Shown here: in pieces, positions 53,561 to 64,000 of the stretch
Layout of the letters: each line of letters begins with the position of its first letter
How positions within the stretch are numbered: position 1 is the stretch's first letter
Assembly (NCBI RefSeq): GCF_006345805.1
Contig: NC_042998.1
Span: forward strand, 178,808,001-178,872,000
DNA length: 64,000 nt
Direction of reading: 5' to 3'
Source: Octopus sinensis
Lineage: Eukaryota
Position numbers and translations under genes: made by a program
Notes under the pieces: model-generated
What the model was told of the DNA's origin: nothing
Seen by the model: the letters and a program-made list of their open reading frames with translations, nothing else
Database searches by the model: none

Positions 53561-54299
53561 CCCCCTTGTGTTGAGCATAACTGAGGGATAATGCTTGCCT
53601 TTTAATTTTGTATTTTATATATTTACCTATTTTCAAGTCATTTTTTTCCTATTATTATCCCCTTAATAAGTAAAATGTGTTCCGAAATAGTTTTATAATT
53701 AAATCACAATTTAAAAAAAAAATTTTTTTAATGTTGTTAAAAAATTTGTTTTAAAATATTTATCGGAGAAACAATTCTATCTTTATTTATAATTTTGAAA
53801 ATAAGTTATGATATTGATAGTAAAGTAATTTTAGTATAACATTAAAGATTATATTATGATGTTATACAAGTAATACAATCTTTATGTAACAGTGTCTTTC
53901 GCCACGAAGATAAGACACTTCCACTCACTAACAGATGGTAATTTTAGCTTTTTACGGAAATTATTTCACTTAATATTTCTGTCCTTGCTTATTTCTTTGT
54001 TTACTGTTTTACAAGAATAAACATTTTCAGTCTGTTGTATTTTCTTTGCTCAGCTTCCTTGGTTTACTTCACTACAACAACGTGTGTGTATTGTTTACAT
54101 CGAATCTTTTAAATTACCTAAATAACCAGAACTTAATTTAACTAAGCATGGTTATTTATTTTTGTTTAGGTCAAACACAGTTCTGATTATGTGAGACCTA
54201 TGATTACAGGTATTCGACAATCTTTCGTTAGGTATTCTATCCGTGACCATCTTGTCATTTCATAGTATCTAGAATTACCTACAATTATATAATGTGCCC

Positions 54300-55960
54300 T
54301 TTGTAATTTTTGTTTTCGCTTTTATGTCGAGACAATGGTGTGTACTTTAAAGGAATTTGGCTGCGATTTATGAGGAACCGCATAAAAGATGTTTGGTCGG
54401 CACACACACGCAAAGAGTCCTTCGTTATAGTTCAGTAGATAATCTCTCGTCGGCATCCTTATAGGTAACAATGAAATACACACAACAAATCAACAATAAA
54501 CCCTGTTTAACTATTGTATTTACTTCGAAAACTGTTTTGAGTGGATGGTCTTGTTAAAATAATTGTTTTAGCCAGGTTTTTATATAAGTCAATACATCAG
54601 CATGTACTCGGTAAATGTTACACGTTATGGGCTATTGTTTTTGTTTTTACGCTTCTCAGAAAACCGATTACTTGAAATAAAGAAACAACTTACGCACAAT
54701 TTAGACAGATACCATTCACTTAAAACAACGGAATAATATCAATGGGACACCGTGACTGCAAGTCGCCATCTTATTATCTTAATTACTACGAAATTTAAGG
54801 GAATCAAAGAGAATGTTCCCATTATTAAAAGAGTACTCAATAACACATGTGTACCATTATGACAATATACATCCGAGAAAAAGAAAGCTATATATTATAC
54901 CGGATCAATACACAGGATGAAGATTAATCTAACATAAAGATAACTCAGGGTATAAGTTTGATTATTAATTATATAATTACAAATACTATTTTCACGCAAT
55001 TCGTAAATATAAAACAAATAATTTCAAAATTACAATGAAATGGGTGTTTCTTGCGTACAATCTGTTGTAAATACAATTTTGAATTCGTTTTTGGTATAAC
55101 AAACCACGGAGGTTTTTTCATGCCATTTCTTTTTTTTTTTTCTTTCTCTTCTTAGCTCTCAGTTTTCAATTCAGTTAAATATAATTTTTTTTTTTCCTAG
55201 AAAAAAAAATTATAAGTTATAACGAAATGAATGAAATCACGTTGATAGCAGCGGATTCTTGAAAATTGCCAAACCAGCAAAGTTCTTGGAGCAGTTAATA
55301 AAAAATTATATATATATTAGCATAACAAAAAAATATATACATCATTTCCTTTTTGTTTGTAAACTCAAATGCGCACGATAAAAATCTATTTATAAAATCA
55401 TCGAACTTATATAACCACTATATATATATATATATATTATATATATTATATATTATATATTATTATATGATTATATCAGTTCTATAAAACGAATAATTTT
55501 GAAATATGTAGACTCTCAGTGATTTAGACATGTAATTGTTTTGTGTCTAAGGTCTAATTTACTATCGCAAGAACAATTGAAAAGAAAGAAAACGTCGCAA
55601 AAATACATGACCAGTTAAAAAATTTAACTTTAGAATGTATAAAGTGGGGAAAAAATGTTTACACTAACCTTTCGAGTGTTGATATATTATTAAAATGAAA
55701 TTAAAGGCAAAAGAAGTCACGGGGAAAGGAATACACACAGATTACTCCAAACTGCGTGCGCTGATGCATGGGGTTGTTAAGACACAAAAGCCGGTTTCTT
55801 CTGCTTGATGACGGCGAAGTGAGTAAAGATGCTTTCGAAAGTGTGCAGAGAAGGCAAGTTGTGTGAATTAAAAAATATTTTAAACAGCTCCATCTAGTAG
55901 TCATATGAAAACACTATTAAATGCCATAAACACGCTTACACATTTACGAGCATTCGTCAT
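54300..55960. promoter_or_regulatory. Putative promoter / first-exon zone
   Basis: CpG is visibly more frequent than in 4-46 kb. YY1-type CGCCATCTT at 54764-54772. Strong minus-strand donor sites GTAAGT (54688-54693) and AAG|GTTAGT (55663-55668). Confidence 0.35.
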
Positions 55961-56446
55961 AGTGGGCGAGAAACTGAAGTTTTCACTAAGGATGATAGAC
56001 AGAGGGTATAAGAGAACGAATTGCTTGTAAACCAGCTGTGGTTTTATGAATTAAAAAAATGCTTGTTTGTTAGTATGTATGTATGCATAAATGCATGTGT
56101 ACATGTACACAAAGAAGAAGTATTATTCGCTCATTTATTCATATTCGTTCACGTATTATCTTATTTACTTGTTTATCTACTTACTTATACACATGATTGT
56201 AGTTAATTAATAAATAGATCCAAATGAATGCTTGCAGGTTGATGTTTGTTTATTTTCTCCTTTTTCGACTTTGCCTTATAAATTCTAGGTAAATTTCTGC
56301 TTTACCCCCACCCACCACCTCATATCTATTATTCAATTGCGCTTCTGCCCTACAACACTAAGCATTTGGATATAAATACATAGGTATACCTCCAGTAGTA
56401 TATTGGATATCTATTATCCCTTAGATGGTTGTTTAACCTCATAAGT

Positions 56447-56495
<49 letters not shown>

Positions 56496-56535
56496 GAGAG
56501 AGAGAGAGAGAGAGACATATATATATATGTATGTA

Positions 56536-56823
56536 TGTAGTGTGATGGAGGAAAAAGTCAACAGAAAAAGAAGCAAACGGGAGAAAGAAATACAAAAAGC
56601 CTTACCTGTTGACCTCGGCGGAATGAGCGATCACTCTCACGAAATAAACACGTCTTTGCTCGCTGCCGTCTCTGCTCGAACTGACCACACGTGCTTCCCG
56701 CCCACGCATGCCCCGTGGCTATGCCACAGGCCCCTGCAGTCTTCACTTCCATCTACCTCATCTGTAATCCTCTCCACCAACACTACATAGCTCATCACAG
56801 CGCATAACACCACAAACACAACA
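56536..56823 (-). repeat. Candidate 3' LTR
   Basis: On the minus strand it starts TGTTG right after the purine tract AGGGGGACG and ends ...CACTACA. 56685-56720 matches 58613-58648 at 34/36 bp. Confidence 0.6.
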
Positions 56824-57049
56824 CGTCCCCCTGATCTACAGATCACTCAACTGGCTTTCCCACTCACTCCTCGCTCCCGAACTCACACCTTAACTGGTTT
56901 CATAATCATCCAACCATGGAGGAGGGTGTCGCACTCACTGTGGTCACCGTGCGACCCCGGGACTGGCCTGAGTTCCTGGCATGCTGCTGCTGGCTTCATC
57001 ATCTTGTCTACTGATGCTATCTTCATCTTCTTGCCTACTGTTGCTGGTT

Positions 57050-58612
57050 CCATCCTCTGAGGCATGGACAATCTTCCGTACATCCAAAACGTGGCGTGGC
57101 ACACCAGCGTTGTTCTTCGAATCGATGGAGGTTATTGTTCCCTTTCCCCATCGTGATGTACACCGTGCGTTTGGGGGGTTACCCAAACTTCCTCCCCGAC
57201 CTGCACGAAGGCGTGCTCTTCCTCTGCCCCGGGTCGCATTGATGCAGTACACGTATGCCTCCACTCGTATCTGAATATTGCCCTGTGTGGCACCGACTCC
57301 TCAGCCTGTCCTGACCTGGGCGACATATTGTACCAAAATACGGCCTCGATTGGTGAAATGTAGCCCCACTCTGCCATGGTCTTGATGGTACGATGATGCC
57401 TTTCCACCACCCCATTTCCACTTGGCCGGTATGCCGCCCTGAAGAAGCGGTTGACCTGTCACCCATCAAGCATTTCTTTCAGCACCTCCGAGCGAAATGC
57501 AGTGCCATTATCCAGATGTAGTTCATCCACGGGGCCTCGTTCCAGGAATATATCATTTAATACTTTCACGATTTCCTCTGTGGTCCCCGTCTTCATCTCC
57601 GTCCATATGGCCAACCGCCCCGGTCCGCAGTCAACCATTGAGAAGTATGTACCCTGCCGGTAGTGTGTTATGTCCACTGCCAGTCGTTTCCAGTCGTGGT
57701 CCACTGAAATACTTCCCGCCTCATGTACACCCAGAGCAGGAACGATGGACTGGCACCTGTCACAGCTGATAACCACTCTCTGCCCGCTCCGTCTTGTTAC
57801 ATCGGAGTCAACTTTCCTGGCTAGGAACAACGTCCTGTCCACTCCCATGTGATGCATGGTATGCAATCTCCTCAATTCCGAGTCACTCAGACGGCATACT
57901 GCAGCCACAGCCTGCTCCGCATCCTCTGGCACCTGCAACCAGGCTCGCTTTACCCTGGTCAGGACTTCTGCCCTGTTCTTCTCGGAAGGTACAAAGCTCA
58001 CGCTCAGCTTCAGATTGAACTCAGTTGTTAGATCACGCAGTATCCCCAATCGACGCTTTACCAGCATTTCTGCGGCCCCTTTGGTTCGCACCCTCCGCTC
58101 ATTGGTGATGATTGCTGTCACCCAACCAAGTATAGTGGCCGAATCAGTCCTGATTTCTATGGTGTGCAGCCCCCACTTCAAAGCTAGGTTCAATCCCTTC
58201 AACACAGCATTCAACTCCGCCACATTGATATGATTGCAGTCATCCGTCTTCCTGAGCCAGGCTGTATCTTCCTCCACGACGCCTCCCACTTCCAAGACAA
58301 CCCCTATTGCGATGCTACTGGCGTCACACTATACAATCCCGCTCTTTGATTTGGGAACATACCAACTGCCCCTCACTGGATCCTCTGCTCTTACTCTGAC
58401 CAAGACTTCCTGTATCATGTCGGTCGTCTTCTCCTCCACTCTATCGTTCCACTTCACTCCTTCGGCTCGTCTCTTGATGAAGCTACATGCTGTCCGGAGT
58501 GGTGTCCCACCAGCTTCCCACACACCGAGAACAGTTCCCGTCTACTCATGCTGGTGCCCAGTTCGGGGATCTCGTTCCCTCGCCGGAACACCAACGCGCC
58601 GGCCTTGTCTCT
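57050..58612 (-). pseudogene. Gypsy pol remnant: RT end, RNase H, zinc finger and integrase core
   Basis: RRELFSVCGKLVGH; DASSIAIGVVL..HINVAELNAVLKGL..TDSATI; HTMHHMG..CDRC; LAVDITHY..MVDCG..LHLDNGTAFRS; AAYRPSGNGVVERHHRTIK. Frameshifted. Confidence 0.92.
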
Positions 58613-58650
58613 CCACACGTGCTTTCTGCCCACGCATGCCCCGTGGCTCG

Positions 58651-61312
58651 TCAATAAGACATTTTAACAGAAAATTATGCATATGTATAGTGATTAACTG
58701 AACGCTATTAAGTTTATTTCAAAAAAACATTATTGGATATAACGTCAAAGGTAGCCTATAGAAAGAGGAGGGATAAAGGAAAGAAAAACTAAATAAATGA
58801 GAAGTTTATAACTATATGTATATTAAATAAAACCTTATAGACTTGGGAAAAGATATATCTAGTGAATTTGAAATCTAAGAAGAAAATTAATGTTTAAATT
58901 ATATATTTTTGTAAAAGACTGTGCGAAGGAGCGGTGACGAGAATGGATCCTTTAGTACATCACACGGTCGATACAATAAATACGAAAGGGATAAATGAAT
59001 ATAAGTGCCAGAAGGAAAAGAGAGACACAACCGGGTAGAATGTTTAAGAGAAAATTTTATTGATAGGTTGTTTATTGATGGGGGATTTTTAGAAAAAAGA
59101 ATAAAAAATAGTTCAGAATGACAGAAAAGACAGAATTCCTTGCCTTTATCATAAGGTATCGAGATTGAGAGAATCAACCAATCTAAATTAAATTGTTTAT
59201 CGTGGTCTTTTAGATACCAAATTAATTTACTAAGCCCTGTACTGTTACGTTTATTCCTATCCCTTAAAATAGAGTAATGATTAGAAATTCTTTTAGATAA
59301 CTTAGAAGATCGGCTTCCTATATAAAAAATACTTCATTACCAGTAGTAATTTTACACTGATATATAGAATTTTTAATTTTAGAGTTACTTGACATAAACT
59401 TGATTCTGTTGTAATTGACTTCAGGTACAATAATCTTGTTATTAATATTTCCAGGTGGGTGGATGGTATTAGCTAAATTAATGTTAGTATTAGTAAATGT
59501 ATCAATATTTAACAGGTTAATATTATGTGAAGAGATAATTTGTAAGAGATTTTTTGTATTGGAAAAACCAGTCCTAACCGTGTGTGATAATAGAGTAATA
59601 TCTAGAATTCTTTGGAAAATTCCTAATAATAGCTTCACGAAACTGCAAGGGAAGGTTAGATTTAATTTGCCTCCCGTATGGAATAATTAACCAAATGGTT
59701 TTACTATTAGTTACCTTATTTTTAGTGTAACTATTTTTGAAAGACATAAATTTACATTTAGAACGAAAATAGGGGATTAAATAAGAGTTATCTCCTTTCC
59801 TCTGTTTGGTTTTGGTGTATAAATTAAAATTGATATCGTTTATATCCTTACAACTAGATTTCATATCTATATTAGTAAAGTTAGAATACGATTGAATGGA
59901 ATCAATGTAGATATCTTTCTCTGTATAACCTGCTTTAAGTAAGGCAGAGATATAAAATTCGGCCTTACCATTGAAAATCTCAACATTAGCAGATAACTTA
60001 GACAATCTAAATGAAATATTCTTAACTAAGTTCCTAGTAATTACCCGAGAATGATTACTGAATTTGCTAATATACTTAAGATTGGTCGATGGTTTATGGT
60101 ATGGGAAGTAAGAGTTATTGTGTAAGTTAAGTGTAATATCTAAAAAGTTAGCCTTCGTCCCATCATCATCAAAAACGATGCTTAAGCCCATTCTGTGGAA
60201 AAATTTAACTAAACTATCATAACTTTTTGTACCTTTTGGTCGGAAGCATTTTGAAGGTAAAGTAAACAATCATCATGATATAGACCTCCATTGATGCTTG
60301 GGAATTGTTCTGTCATTTCAAAAAGTATATATATACAGACTAAATCAGCTACTTGTGCTGAATCAGAACTTCCCATTGTAACATCAAAACCATCTGGTGT
60401 GTCTTTATGGGTCCACAACTTATTGTCAAATTTTATAATAGATTTTCTGGCTGTCAACACAACATTAATTTCTTCCCTGGTGAGACCAGCTCTGTTATGA
60501 GCAAGCCAAAGTGCCTTGTTAAGTACTATTGGGTTGATGGATGAATAAAAATTAGAAATGTCAAACTGGATAAACTTAGTGCTCCTCTTATTAGTAATAG
60601 AACTAAACCAGTCGACTACTTGAAATGAATTGGACCATAAACTAAGTTTTAATTTTTTAATTAATGTAGGAACATATTTATCTAGAATACTTTTACTAAG
60701 TACACCTATATCAGAGCTAGAAGGGCAGATAAGTCTTAAGGATGGGTTATAAAAAAATTTTGTTTATGATCTTTCAAAATAAACTTAGGATCAAGTGGTT
60801 CTGTCTTCATTTGTAAGTTATACTTCTCCATAATTTTCATAGTCTCAATGTTGGCTTTGTTGAGTACACTTTTATCAGTAATTCTATAGTTTTTTTTTAA
60901 ATTTCTTTTTTAAGCAATCCCAAATAATAGTCCTTGTTAAGTTTGTACAGTCTTCCCGTTTTATCTGATTGAAACAACACACTATCATTTGTATTAATTT
61001 CCTTGGTGATATTGTGAAGATACCTCAGATATTTATTTCTTAGCGATGATCGTTGAAATTTTACATTTCGCACAATAGACCAAAGATCATCCTCAAACCG
61101 CTTCAATCTTGGGTTAGGTGGAGGACTATTTTTAGATTTAAATAATTTGTCAAATTCAGAGGTTATATTATTAGTGTGTTGTTGAGTGTCCTTGTTGTCA
61201 AAGAAAAAGGTTAGCCATCTGATATGGTTGATAAAGGAATTTATCTTTCTGACGAGTTGTTTAAGGAAAGCATTCTTTGGTGGAATGGGTATATCCTTCA
61301 GAGAAGCGTTAA
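58651..61312 (-). mobile_element. Near-full-length Penelope-like element body (RT + C-terminal GIY-YIG), frameshifted
   Basis: SLKDIPIPPK..RWLTFFFD..FEDDLW..SDKTGRLY; FDVTMGSSDSAQVADLV..GLYHDD; NFLDITLNL..PYHKP..SNH; IWLIIPY; NSIYQCKI..YIGS..ISNH..STGLSKLIWYLK..CLFC. Confidence 0.93.
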
Positions 61313-61595
61313 TATTAATTTAGATTGGTTGATTCTCTCAATCTCGATACCTTATGACAAAGGCAAGGAATTCTGTCTTCTCTGTAATTCTGAACTATTT
61401 TTTATTCTTTTTTCTAAAAATCCCCTTGTAAACATGGTTATAGAGCGTGCATACCGACGTAAACATTGGCAGAAACACACCTTTAGTTCATATAGGTGAT
61501 ATCTATCATTATATATAATTTAAACATTAAATTTCTTCTTACATTTCAAATTCACTAGATATATCTTTTCCAAGTCTATATGGTTTTATTTAATA

Positions 61596-61979
61596 CTAGC
61601 AGTATCGCCCGGCGTTGCTCAGGTTTGTAAGGGAAATAACTATAAAGCATTTTTAGAGAGTTATAGCCAAAAAAGAGCAAAAAAATGGAAAAAAATGATG
61701 GTAAATTTTTTTTGAGAGTAAAAAAAGGTGGAGTTGCGTCCCCTAGACAGTTTGCGGTTTGTGTTTCTGATTCTCGACCCCATGTCGAATTTATCGATTT
61801 TTTTCAGAACTGGGGGAACTTTTCAAAATTTTCGCTGCGTTAGTTTTGAATTATGACATTGGGCTATGTGTGTGTCAAGTTTCATCAGAATCGGTTGAAA
61901 GCCGTGGTCAGGGTGAGAGTACAAGCAAACAGACACACAGAAACACGCACAGACAAACTGCCGTTTATATATAGAGAGA
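61596..61979 (-). mobile_element. Non-autonomous Helitron inserted in the PLE pseudo-LTR
   Basis: 5' TC, 3' hairpin + CTAG, A|T target. The empty site is visible in the other pseudo-LTR copy at 58820/58821. Confidence 0.9.
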
Positions 61980-62168
61980 TACATATAGTTATATACTTCT
62001 CATTTATTTAGTTTTTCTTTACTTTATCCCTCCTCTTTCTATAGGCTACCTTTCACGTTATATCCTATAACGTTTTTTTTAAAAACAAACTCAATAGCGT
62101 TCAGTTAATCACTATACATATCCATCATTTTCTGTTAAAATGTCTTATTGATGAGTTTCATTTCTTCA

Positions 62169-62259
62169 TTTACTTGAAGAGAAGATTACATTGTTTTACG
62201 CCATTTTATTCCTTTGGAATAATACCAGTGATATCTTCGAAACATGTGTCGGAAGTAAA
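62169..62259 (+). ncRNA. Degenerate type-I hammerhead motif in the PLE 3' UTR
   Basis: TTTACTT-GAAGA-GAAGAT(46 nt)ATCTTC-GAAAC(ATGT)GTC-GGAAGTAAA. Stems I, II and III and a GUC site are present, but the core lacks its CU 5' part. Confidence 0.5.
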
Positions 62260-62293
62260 AGAATTTGAATAACACCTGAATTTAACTACTTTG

Positions 62294-62326
<33 letters not shown>

Positions 62327-62386
62327 ATATTATATATATATATTATATATATATATATAATATATATATTATATATATATATATCT

Positions 62387-63648
62387 AGGTGGGGGAGAAT
62401 TCACAAAAAACAAAAGACGAAGACAGATGGTGTAGACAACAAACAAATGTATTAGTTTAACGCTCGGGAAGTGAAAACATCTTTAACTTTTCGAGACTAC
62501 GCTCTTCTACAGAAAGGAACACAGAAAGAAAGAAGGAGAGAAAATAAACAATGAGTAGTGTCTAGCGATCTATCATGGCCAATGCTGGACAGAAGGGCCA
62601 CACAGGAGAGCTAGGAAGAAGGAGAGATAATAAAGTAGTGGTGATCCGAAAACAAAGGTGCGCGCGTGTGTGTGTAGGTGTGAAGATGTGCGGCTGGGAA
62701 GTGGTCAGAAAGTAAGGGTGGGATGTGGGTTAGGCTGAGGGTGGAGTAGAGGTGGAGTATGTGGGTAGGCAGAGAGTTGGGTAGAGGTGGTGTATGTGGG
62801 AGTGGGTGGGGTGGGATGGGCAGGATAGGGAAGGTGGGGTTGGATTGTGTAGGGATGGGGTGGGGTTACGAGGGAGGGTGTGACGATGAAGTGGAAGGAG
62901 AAGGTGGGTAGAAGTGAAGAGAAGTAGGAGTCGGAGCAAAAGAGGAGAGGTGGGTGGGATGAAGTAGGTGTGAGGGAGAGAGAGGCGAGAGTAGAAGGTT
63001 AGATGAAGAGAGGAGGAGAGTTGAGCCCATGTGGCCAAAGGAGCGAAGAGAGAAGATTAATCCCTGTTCACAGCGCAAACGGAAGTCAGGATGGCCACTG
63101 TGCAAGCTCAATCCAAACACGGACAAGTGTTGCAAAGAGTGACCAGTAGAGCAGAAATGGCGCGAGACCGGGGTGTCATTGCCGAGTCGGACGTCTCGGA
63201 GGTGTTCTGCGAACCGGTCAGTCAAGCGGCGTCCCGTTTGCCCGATGTATAGAGAAGGGCAGAGAGAGCAGGAGATGCAGTAGATGACATTGGTAGAAGT
63301 GCAAGTGAAGGAGTGGGTGACGTGATAGGGTCGATGATGGGTGCCGGTGAGGAGGGTGGTGAGGTAAGGGCAAGTACGGCTGCGTGGGCGGGAGCAGAGG
63401 AACGAGCTGGGTTGGGAAGTTGGGTTAAGGAAGAAGCTGTGGCCTAAGAGGTCTCGTAGGTTGTGGGTTCGTTTGAAGGAAGGGAGGGGTCGGTTAGGGA
63501 AGATGTGCGAAGTGGAGGGGTCGGACTGGAGTCGCCAGAAAGCTCGGAGAATGGTGCGTTGGAAATGTAGGGTGGTGAGGTGGTAGGTGAGGGGAAACGG
63601 GAGGTGGGAGACAGCGGGGCGTCTGAGTTCGGATTGTCTTTGCACAGG
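62387..63648 (-). mobile_element. 5'-truncated Neptune-type PLE: GIY-YIG domain, pyrimidine-rich 3' UTR and pseudo-LTR ending in (TA)n
   Basis: ORF 62866-63645: PSFKRTHNLRDLL..SRTCP..FTCTSTNVIYCISCSLC..YIGQTGRRLTDRFAEH..PVSRHF..H..RLRCEQGLIF. Hammerhead-like motif at 62481-62516. Confidence 0.9.
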
Positions 63649-63649
63649 G

Positions 63650-64000
63650 GCTATCCGGACTCACGTCTTCACGTGAGTAGGGATTAGTCTTCTCTCTTCG
63701 CTCCTTTGCGCCACATGCACTCAACTCTCCTCTCCTCTTCATCTAGCCCTCCTCCTCTCTCCTCTCTTCCTCTCACACCCACCTCTCCTCTCTTGCTCTG
63801 ACACCTACTTCCTCCCTTCACTCCCACCCACCTTCTCCCATCATCGTTACCTCCCCCCTCATTACCCCACCCCTACACATTCCAACCACACCATCCCTAT
63901 ACATCCCATCCCACCCCCACCTTAGACGCCACCCTTGCTTCTCCCACCCTCGCCTCTCCTACACACTAACACCACCACACCACCATACCGCACATCACCA
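63650..64000 (+). mobile_element. Inverted partial copy of the Neptune-type PLE 3' region (runs off the window)
   Basis: AGGGATTAGTCTTCTCTCTTCGCTCCTTTGCGCCACATG...CTCTTCATCTA is the diverged reverse complement of about 62995-63070. Confidence 0.8.

Larger units (their letters stand above)
56536..58648 (-). mobile_element. Internally deleted Ty3/Gypsy LTR retrotransposon
   Basis: RT C-terminus, RNase H and integrase in Gypsy order. Candidate 3' LTR at 56536-56823. A 36-bp LTR-homologous piece at 58613-58648. Confidence 0.88.
61315..62293 (+). mobile_element. Inverted pseudo-LTR of the same PLE, interrupted by a Helitron
   Basis: Reverse complement of about 58651-59192 (shared LDWLILSISIPYDKGKEFCL and the 3' UTR). 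It extends about 150 bp further and ends in (TA)n. Confidence 0.9.

Noticed and set aside
9755-54209. Plus-strand candidate micro-exons (about 9755-9800, 13298-13326, 13906-13941, 54170-54209)
   Set aside because: The splice-like motifs are present, but the phases do not chain and no peptide is recognisable. This shows the chance rate for such calls.
55701-55904. 67-aa ORF with a signal-peptide-like start
   Set aside because: No recognisable homology, and it ends before the nearby donor site. More likely UTR or chance.
56536-56787. Plus-strand solo LTR (TGTAGTG...CACTACA with AATAAA)
   Set aside because: No TSD. The purine tract and pol orientation favour a minus-strand LTR extending to 56823.

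Overview
AT-rich, repeat-dense eukaryotic (animal) DNA. The SINE and microsatellite repertoire resembles what I recall from octopus genomes; this is inference, not checked. I recognise no intact host protein-coding gene, and nearly all listed ORFs come from microsatellites, SINEs or decayed transposons. Supported content: (i) several Penelope-like element (PLE) insertions, including a near-full-length RT + GIY-YIG copy with an inverted pseudo-LTR (58.65-62.29 kb), a Neptune-type GIY-YIG 3' fragment with an inverted partner (62.39-64 kb), a decayed GIY-YIG copy at 0.1-1.9 kb, and solo pseudo-LTRs in (TA)n; (ii) minimal type-I hammerhead ribozyme motifs in the PLE ends: an intact head-to-head pair in a perfect 344-bp palindrome, and a recurrent CUGUAGA core variant; (iii) a deleted Ty3/Gypsy element; (iv) RTE, CR1-like and CRE-like LINE fragments; (v) non-autonomous Helitrons, one with its empty site present in the window; (vi) many SINEs, long fold-back palindromes, a 23-bp higher-order minisatellite and a 1.78-kb tandem duplication. 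There is weak evidence for a minus-strand host gene, with a CpG-richer promoter-like zone at about 54-56 kb and phase-compatible micro-exons at 2.7-6.0 kb.
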